From contig NC_003272.1 of NCBI RefSeq assembly GCF_000009705.1, forward strand, positions 960,001-992,000: a DNA stretch of 32,000 nucleotides, written 5' to 3'. The notes beneath the pieces were generated by a model. The model did not search any database. It was not told where the DNA came from and saw only the letters and a program-made list of their open reading frames with translations. This DNA comes from Nostoc sp. PCC 7120 = FACHB-418 (GTDB taxonomy: Bacteria; Cyanobacteriota; Cyanobacteriia; Cyanobacteriales; Nostocaceae). A program made the translations under genes and the position numbers. Positions 1-6,519 of the stretch are shown in pieces. Numbering within the stretch: the stretch's first letter is position 1; each line of letters begins with the position of its first letter.

Positions 1-2
1 GA

Positions 3-1136
3 GGTCGAGTTGATGCTTTAGAAGCACGTACCTCGGAATTAGAAGCCAATCAATTCTCAACCACAACAAAGCTGCAAGGACAAGTAGTATCAGTTATCAG
101 CGATGTCTTATCAGGCGATCGCGTCAATAATGCAGATATCGTCGATACAAATACTACTCTGGGAGTACGGGCGCGATTAGAACTTGTCTCCAGCTTTACT
201 GGGCGAGATACCTTGTTCACCAGAATTGAAGCTAACAACATTACTAGCCCCGACATTAATACTCCAGAAGGTAACCTGTTCTTCGCTAGCGTTGAACCCA
301 GTACTAACGCTGCTATTGGTACTTTGTGGTATGGGTTCCCCGTGGGCAAAAATACACAAGCCAAGCTAATTGCCGTTGGAGGTGCAGCAGACGACCTCAC
401 CAGCACCGTAAACATATTTGATGGAGATGGTGCTTTTGGTGCTTTAACTACCTTTGGTACACGTAACCCGATTTATGGGCAGATAGGTGGTACTGGTTTG
501 GGTGTCACTCACCAGTTTAGTGATAAATTAGCCTTAAGCTTGGGTTATTTGAGTGGTACAGCAAATGACCCATCACCCCAGAATGGTTTATTTGACGGCG
601 CTTACGGTGCATTAGCACAACTGACAGTTAGACCAAGCGATCGCGTCAGTGTTGGCCTAACATATATCAATTCTTACCGGCAACCCCTAGCCACTGGTAG
701 TAACGCTGCAACCACCTTCCAAGGTTTAGGCGAAAGATTTTCCAGCAATTCCTACGGTCTCCAAGCTTCTATCGGTCTGAGTGAAAAATTAGTCTTGGGT
801 GGATGGGCTGGTTACACTAATAGCCGCATCTTGACAGGCGATCGTGGAGACGTTGATATCTGGAACTATGCGGTTACTCTTGGTTTCCCCGACCTTGGGA
901 AAAAAGGTAACTTAGCCGGTATCATTGCTGGGATGGAACCAAAAGTCACAAGTTCTAGCATCGCTGGACTAAATAGAGATAGAGATACTTCCTATCATGT
1001 GGAAGCATTTTATCAATACAAAGTCAGTGATAATATCACCATCACACCAGGCATTATCTGGCTAACATCACCAGACCACAATGACAATAATGATGATGTT
1101 GTTATTGGTGCGTTGAGAACCACATTTAGTTTCTAA
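3..1136 (+). CDS. Outer-membrane porin, cyanobacterial OprB/SomA-like beta-barrel (5' end cut by the window edge)
   Basis: Frame 3 is open from nt 3. It starts with GRVDALEARTSELEANQFSTTTKLQGQ, the coiled-coil linker that precedes the barrel in SLH-OprB porins. The rest is G/S/T/N/Y-rich alternating strand-like sequence ending in ALRTTFSF with a terminal Phe, as in OMP barrels. A strong terminator follows. Confidence 0.8.
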   Translation, partial: GRVDALEARTSELEANQFSTTTKLQGQVVSVISDVLSGDRVNNADIVDTNTTLGVRARLELVSSFTGRDTLFTRIEANNITSPDINTPEGNLFFASVEPSTNAAIGTLWYGFPVGKNTQAKLIAVGGAADDLTSTVNIFDGDGAFGALTTFGTRNPIYGQIGGTGLGVTHQFSDKLALSLGYLSGTANDPSPQNGLFDGAYGALAQLTVRPSDRVSVGLTYINSYRQPLATGSNAATTFQGLGERFSSNSYGLQASIGLSEKLVLGGWAGYTNSRILTGDRGDVDIWNYAVTLGFPDLGKKGNLAGIIAGMEPKVTSSSIAGLNRDRDTSYHVEAFYQYKVSDNITITPGIIWLTSPDHNDNNDDVVIGALRTTFSF

Positions 1137-1152
1137 TTTCTCCAAACTCACC

Positions 1153-1187
1153 AAAAAGACGCAAAGTAATTCTTTGCGTCTTTTTTA
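1153..1187 (+). terminator. Rho-independent terminator after the porin gene, possibly bidirectional
   Basis: GACGCAAAG (1158-1166) pairs perfectly with CTTTGCGTC (1172-1180) around a 5-nt loop. TTTTTT follows it and AAAAA precedes it. Confidence 0.75.
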
Positions 1188-1203
1188 TGGGAAATCAAAA
1201 ATA

Positions 1204-1231
1204 GGTAATTGGTAATTGGTAATTGGTAATA
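1204..1231. repeat. STRR-type heptamer tandem repeat (GGTAATT x3 plus GGTAATA)
   Basis: Read directly as ggtaattggtaattggtaattggtaata. Short tandemly repeated heptamers are typical of heterocystous cyanobacteria. Confidence 0.85.
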
Positions 1232-1258
1232 ATTGCCTTTTACCCTCTGCGCTCAATT

Positions 1259-1286
1259 CCCAGTCCCCAGCCCCCAATCCCTAACC
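1259..1286. repeat. Degenerate C-rich heptamer repeat (TCCCAGT CCCCAGC CCCCAAT CCCTAAC)
   Basis: Read directly. It has 7-nt periodicity with a CCCnAnn core. Confidence 0.5.
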
Positions 1287-1760
1287 CTATTCCAAACCAT
1301 CATTACCAACAGCAGCCCTAACTAGTGATGTAAATTCATCTAATGTGAGATTGCCATATCTGAGTCTTTCCACTACAGCACCCCTAATAGACCCGCCTGT
1401 GTCGTATGGAAGTTTGGACAGTCCACCAGTATGTAGTGTTAGGGCTGGATATGCTGCATGAGTAATAGGATCTATATACGAGAATGCAGTAACTGTATAC
1501 GCACCGTTGAATCCTGCAAAATAAGTTCCTTTAGGTGCAACCACCTCAGCCGCAATAGTTGATAGATAAGCACCAGGAGTAAGATACACTGCTGCACCTG
1601 CAAAGACAGCAGGCTCTCCAGAACTGAAATCAGCGATGGGGTCTTCTATTATTGCTTGGGCTGATGCTGGAGTTGATGCAAAGCTTAAGCAAGCCATAAA
1701 ACCTGTGAGAGCCAGACTAGCTTTCAAGATCAAGTTAGTAGCGCCAGAAAATAATTTCAT
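1287..1760 (-). CDS. Hypothetical secreted protein (157 aa)
   Basis: The N-terminus MKLFSGATNLILKASLALTGFMACLSFASTPASAQA looks like a Sec signal peptide with an A-x-A cleavage site. I recognise no family. Confidence 0.6.
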   Translation of the reverse strand: MKLFSGATNLILKASLALTGFMACLSFASTPASAQAIIEDPIADFSSGEPAVFAGAAVYLTPGAYLSTIAAEVVAPKGTYFAGFNGAYTVTAFSYIDPITHAAYPALTLHTGGLSKLPYDTGGSIRGAVVERLRYGNLTLDEFTSLVRAAVGNDGLE

Positions 1761-2043
1761 ATAAGTCCTATGTTTTTAGGGTTTGAGCTTGATTTGTTAG
1801 ATATTGGGATATTCCTTTTACAAGAATCAAATTAAAGATGAACTAATAACAAATATATGTGAACTAGATAATTTTATGTATGTGAAGAAAGGCATTTAAT
1901 TAGACATTAAAGCGTCATAGAAATAGACATAAAACTCTCAATAATGTTCTTTTTATTCTTTCTAATTGCTTAAAATATTACTAATAAAAATAAACACCAT
2001 AAATAACATGATAAATTTTAGTATTTCGTCTTATTGTTACTTT

Positions 2044-2643
2044 TCATGCCGATCGCCTAAATTTCTCCTCTTGATGGCGCTGCTGTAACTTGTGCATATG
2101 ATTGAATAAATGCCAGCAATATTCTTCCGGTAATCCGCAGGTGACTGCACCCCTAAGAACAACATTGAAGTACCAGTCATTAGGTGCAACTTCTTCCTCT
2201 GATTTATTCACCACTACGTATGTGCGGACATCTTGATACACTCGACTGTGGCTGTGAATTTCTACTGATTCATGACGATAGAGGTTTTGGGATACACCTT
2301 CACGTTGATCTAAGTATTCACTTAAGCGTAAAGGTAATTGGTAAAGTACGCCTTTAACACTGGCTTTGGGGTCTTGAACTATATCTAAAACACCACATTT
2401 ACGGCTTGGTAAATAGAGATAAAATCCCAGACGATAACCTTTCAATACTCCGGGGCCGATAATATAAGGGTGTGTGTTCTCACCAAGCGATCGCTTCAAA
2501 TCCACCGGACACATACAACTTCCATAAGCAAAATAATAAAACATCGGCTCTTTATGGGACTGATGTAGCGATTTCGTCTCTAAGTGTACAGGATGATGAG
2601 ATTGCACCCAAGTATGATACGGGCGCGTGCTTTGATGGCTCAT
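2044..2643 (-). CDS. Gamma-glutamylcyclotransferase-like (GGCT/AIG2-like) protein
   Basis: YYFAYGSCM matches the YGS-x-M/L signature at the start of the GGCT fold, and LDQREGV supplies the downstream acidic motif. An alternative start at ATG 2544 (MFYYFAYGS...) would remove a 33-aa His-rich extension. Confidence 0.75.
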   Translation of the reverse strand: MSHQSTRPYHTWVQSHHPVHLETKSLHQSHKEPMFYYFAYGSCMCPVDLKRSLGENTHPYIIGPGVLKGYRLGFYLYLPSRKCGVLDIVQDPKASVKGVLYQLPLRLSEYLDQREGVSQNLYRHESVEIHSHSRVYQDVRTYVVVNKSEEEVAPNDWYFNVVLRGAVTCGLPEEYCWHLFNHMHKLQQRHQEEKFRRSA

Positions 2644-2964
2644 TTATCCCTGGAAGTGTATGGTACTATCAGAGTTATACTACATTCATCCTCAGTATTC
2701 AACTAAATCTTGATAGATAAACCGTAGTTCAAATTTTACACTGAGGAATTGTTCTGTTCATCTCTTGCATTGAAGATTAAAATAGCCACTGCATAAGCAT
2801 CAGGACAAGACAAAGCCGCAGATTAGCCTACGCAAGCACTGGAATAACCTTGGACTTAATTATTAAGAACTTTAAACTATTTAAGTAATTACGATATTGC
2901 GACTAATTTACTGAAGAATTATGTTGGTATTGGGAATTACTAAGAGTAAGTGGGTAGTAGATTA

Positions 2965-4083
2965 ATGTCGCTGAATGTAGAAGTCTTAGGCAATGAATCC
3001 ATGCCAATTGTGGATCGAGAAAATAAAAATTCAGTTAATTCTCTAGCACAACAATGGGCGAAAAAGTATTTACAGAATATCCAAATTGATGACGGATCTG
3101 AAGAGCGTAACGATGTCTTGTCTTTGTCAGAAGTTGTATCATCAACTGGGCGACAAAGAACTGCAAACAAAATCATGGAATCTTTGCGGACTGTTAGTGC
3201 TAAAGCCTGGAATAAAACAGAAGCTCTCTTATCGACACAAATCAAACAGCACAATATAAATCCTAATCTGATTAATCCCTGGGAAGTAGCAGGAGATTCC
3301 TTCAAAATTTATCAAAAAACTTTAGATGTATACACTCAACAAACTACGCACAGACCACTCTCTCTAGTGATGAATCAACTGGTTGAAAGCAATTCACTGG
3401 ACGGAACAGCGCCAGATATCTATACAGAACAAATAGCCCCTAATAAATTAGCTACAGTCATTGGTGCAGATATAGGAGCTATGAGAAATAAGTACACCAG
3501 TGTTGATCCGAGAGTGATTGGTTTTGTTAGTATGCAGTTTCATTATACTAGTCAAATGTTGATACAACCGCTCGAACCTCTGGAGCGATCGCTTGTTAGT
3601 GCATACTTTAAAGTCATTGATGATCATCTCTATATGCCGTTACAACGTGCTTACGAAGCGGCTGCAAATCATGACTATAATTCCCCAGCTATGTCCGCAG
3701 TGCAACGATTATTACCGATGAGTAGCCAAATTGCCAAAAAGATTTGTCACAGGGTGATTGAAATCTATCCAAGTTACAGTTCTATGTCCGGTATTTTGAG
3801 TGACCCTATTGTCAAAGTATCTAGTGTTAGAGATGTAGAAATGTTCCAGGTATATCTGTGGGTATGTGCTTTAGAGGAAAGTGTTGCATCTATTCAACAA
3901 GAATTATTTCCCCTATGTGTAATGCTGTATCCCAGATTGAAAGTGCATTGGGAATTAGTGCGGCAAATGTTGCACTTACTGGGACAGGAAATACAACATT
4001 GCCTAACTCCTGAACAATGTAAAACTTTAATGCCATATTTTCAGGTATTGTGGGATATGTTCTCACCGGATGTGTTGAGTTAA
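2965..4083 (+). CDS. Hypothetical protein (about 372 aa)
   Basis: Long ORF. The track starts it at GTG 2950; ATG 2965 is the first ATG. I recognise no confident family. The C-terminal segment SSVRDVEMFQVYLWVCALEE only faintly resembles a phycobiliprotein-like helical motif. Confidence 0.6.
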   Translation: MSLNVEVLGNESMPIVDRENKNSVNSLAQQWAKKYLQNIQIDDGSEERNDVLSLSEVVSSTGRQRTANKIMESLRTVSAKAWNKTEALLSTQIKQHNINPNLINPWEVAGDSFKIYQKTLDVYTQQTTHRPLSLVMNQLVESNSLDGTAPDIYTEQIAPNKLATVIGADIGAMRNKYTSVDPRVIGFVSMQFHYTSQMLIQPLEPLERSLVSAYFKVIDDHLYMPLQRAYEAAANHDYNSPAMSAVQRLLPMSSQIAKKICHRVIEIYPSYSSMSGILSDPIVKVSSVRDVEMFQVYLWVCALEESVASIQQELFPLCVMLYPRLKVHWELVRQMLHLLGQEIQHCLTPEQCKTLMPYFQVLWDMFSPDVLS

Positions 4084-4165
4084 CGTTTATCAACAATATT
4101 CTCGTGGCTTAAGTCTAAAAATTCCTTGAACGGTTACTAGAATAGGAGTAATTATTGATAATATA

Positions 4166-5119
4166 TCAAGCTAAACAACTAGCAATTGTTGCTAAAACAG
4201 ACTGAGAAAGCGTAGGCAAATCATAGCCACCTTCTAAACCAAATAACATTTTACGGGTTATTTCCAAACAATAATTAGTGAATAAACCATAGTCTTTTGG
4301 TTGCAGATTGACGCTAGCTAGAGGATCGTCAGCATTACCATCATAACCAGCACTAACAATCAGTAAATCTGGCTGAAAGTCTTCTAAAAACGGCATTATC
4401 TTTTTTTCCCATAATGGCTGATATACAGCCATATCACTACCAGGTGGTACGGGCAGATTTAACACATTATTATGAAAACCCTTTTCTGTGGCTCTACCTG
4501 TTCCAGGATAACAGGGGTACTGATGGAGAGAACAGTAAGCAATTTGGGGATTAATTTCCACGATCGCCTGTGTACCATTACCATGATGTACATCCCAATC
4601 AATAATGGCGACACGCTTAATTCCTGGCTGTTCTAAGGCATAATGAGCTGCGATCGCTGCATTAGAAAATAGACAAAATCCCATCCCTGCGTCGCCTTCT
4701 GCATGGTGTCCTGGTGGACGTGCCAATACAAAAGCCGGATTGGCTGTCTCTAACACAGTATCGATGCCGTTTAACCAAGCACTCACCGCCAATAAAGCTA
4801 CATCATAACTACGGGGTGAGACTGGTGTATCGCCATCCAAATAACCGCCGCCAGTAGTAGCAATTTCCCTGACTTTATTCACATAACCTGGGCTATGAAC
4901 CTTTACTAGAAGCGGCATTACAGATGAGTTTTCTAGGGCTGGTGTAGGTTCAATCCATCTGATCTTTTCCGCAAACGCAGCCTGTTTTAGTGCGTTAACA
5001 ATCGCTGTCAAACGTTCTGGGCTTTCTGGGTGATATTTGCCAGTTTTGTGATCTAGGAACTCATCAGAATATATGACTGGAAACATGGCGGGAGATGGAC
5101 AGCAGGATACTGAAGCCAT
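4166..5119 (-). CDS. Histone deacetylase-family enzyme (acetoin utilisation / acetylpolyamine amidohydrolase-like)
   Basis: It carries the classical HDAC motifs RPPGHHAE, IIDWDVHHGNGTQ, SAGYDG and LEGGY. An alternative start at ATG 5086 (MFPVIYSDEFLDH) is possible. Confidence 0.9.
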   Translation of the reverse strand: MASVSCCPSPAMFPVIYSDEFLDHKTGKYHPESPERLTAIVNALKQAAFAEKIRWIEPTPALENSSVMPLLVKVHSPGYVNKVREIATTGGGYLDGDTPVSPRSYDVALLAVSAWLNGIDTVLETANPAFVLARPPGHHAEGDAGMGFCLFSNAAIAAHYALEQPGIKRVAIIDWDVHHGNGTQAIVEINPQIAYCSLHQYPCYPGTGRATEKGFHNNVLNLPVPPGSDMAVYQPLWEKKIMPFLEDFQPDLLIVSAGYDGNADDPLASVNLQPKDYGLFTNYCLEITRKMLFGLEGGYDLPTLSQSVLATIASCLA

Positions 5120-5212
5120 TGTATCGTCTGTTAAGGACTGGGGATTGCTTTACTTCTTACTCCCTGTTTTTTGAACTCCTGAGGGACTTCCAGATAAAAA
5201 AATATCCCAAGT

Positions 5213-5277
5213 GTAGGGTGCGTCAGTGCGATAAAACCTAGCTACACCAAGAAATTATTCATACTGACGCACCCTAC
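5213..5277. repeat. Perfect 15-bp inverted repeat (GTAGGGTGCGTCAGT ... ACTGACGCACCCTAC) with a 35-nt spacer
   Basis: Arms are at 5213-5227 and 5263-5277, read directly. It lies in the divergent spacer between the HDAC gene and the ATPase cassette. It resembles the small dispersed repeat or MITE-like hairpins of Nostocales. Confidence 0.8.
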
Positions 5278-5300
5278 TAACTTTGTCAATCCAGGATTTC

Positions 5301-5328
5301 GCAATTGCGAACTGCGAATTGCGAATTG
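5301..5328. repeat. STRR-type heptamer tandem repeat (GCAATTG CGAACTG CGAATTG CGAATTG)
   Basis: Read directly. Confidence 0.85.
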
Positions 5329-5434
5329 GTATTAGACCACCTCGAAAGCAAGAGATCACAAAATTATTCTAAGTATGATGTTATTGTTTTGGGTAATTGC
5401 ACCAAAATCCCTGAAATAACAACAAAATTGTTAC

Positions 5435-6517
5435 ATGACCTCTGGCTCACTGCCTACTAATCCCTTTGTGGCTGCGGGGATGATAGAAGACCCCAGATTA
5501 TTTGTTGGTCGGAAAGATGAATTATATGCGATCGCCTCTCGCATGAGTGGCGCACAGCCGACAAGTATCAATATTTTCGGTGAGAAGCGCATTGGTAAAT
5601 CTTCCCTGCTGTATCATTTCTTCCTGACTTGGCAGCAACGAGTCCAAGACCCCAGTCGTTATGTAGTGGTTTACCTCTCCTTGCAAAATGTGTCTTGTCA
5701 ACGGGAGGAAGATTTTTATGTCGCTGTGGTGCAAGAGTTGCTGAAGTACTCCAGTGTGGCAACAAACCCGGCTTTAAGTGACCCGTTGAAAGTTAGACCC
5801 CTTAACCGTGCTGCTTTTGCCGATGCGGTGAGAGAGTGGAAAAGGCAAGGTGTATTGCCAGTTCTTTGTTTGGATGACTTCAAAACATTATTTGAAAACA
5901 AGAGCGAATTTAACAATGATTTTTACAATAATCTGCGCTCTTTAATGAATCATAATGCTGTGATGCTGGTCATTGCTTCAGAGAAGAAACTTGATTTTTA
6001 CAGTAACAAGCATCAATTGACATCATCTTTTTTCAATTTGGGTCATGTGATTCCACTGGGTGAACTCCAGGAAGAAGAGGTAACAGATTTACTGCGTTTG
6101 CCTGCTAGTACTGTCAATGGGGCAGCACCAGCCTTGAGTATGGATGAACAGCGTCTGAGTCAGCAATTGGCTGGGAATCATCCTTTTCTATTGCAAATTG
6201 CCGGGGGTTTGGTGTGTGAGGCGCGCCAACAAGGGCATGATGCAAGCTGGGTGAAAGTTCGTTTTCATCAAGCATCTCGACGTTTACCAAAGTCTCGACT
6301 AGGTTCACGTAAATGGTGGCGATGGATGCTTTGGCTAGTTTGGGATTTGCCCGTGCGAATAGGTCAGATATCTAAATTTATTGGCGCGGGTGTGGGGGAA
6401 GTAACTAATTGGGTGATGGGAATCGGAATTTTGGTGATGGTGGTTTTGGTGTTTGCTGGTGTCTTGCATTGGCATGATGTGTGGGATTTTGTCCGTGACA
6501 AGTTGGGGATTAAGTAG
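5435..6517 (+). CDS. P-loop ATPase (ORC/Cdc6-STAND-like, PF01637/AAA_35-type by motif) with a C-terminal membrane anchor
   Basis: Motifs in order are the N-terminal NPF...DPRLFVGRKDEL, Walker A GEKRIGKSS, Walker B VLCLDDF and the helical motif GNHPFLLQIAG. The C-terminal hydrophobic segments are WWRWMLWLVWDLP and WVMGIGILVMVVLVFAGVL. Confidence 0.8.
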   Translation: MTSGSLPTNPFVAAGMIEDPRLFVGRKDELYAIASRMSGAQPTSINIFGEKRIGKSSLLYHFFLTWQQRVQDPSRYVVVYLSLQNVSCQREEDFYVAVVQELLKYSSVATNPALSDPLKVRPLNRAAFADAVREWKRQGVLPVLCLDDFKTLFENKSEFNNDFYNNLRSLMNHNAVMLVIASEKKLDFYSNKHQLTSSFFNLGHVIPLGELQEEEVTDLLRLPASTVNGAAPALSMDEQRLSQQLAGNHPFLLQIAGGLVCEARQQGHDASWVKVRFHQASRRLPKSRLGSRKWWRWMLWLVWDLPVRIGQISKFIGAGVGEVTNWVMGIGILVMVVLVFAGVLHWHDVWDFVRDKLGIK

Positions 6518-6519
6518 CT

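Noticed and set aside
1204-1286. Tandem short repeats (here, and at 5301, 11367, 16984 and 19086) as a CRISPR array
   Set aside because: The units are 7-9 nt and directly abutting with no spacers. This is STRR-type microsatellite structure, not repeat-spacer architecture.
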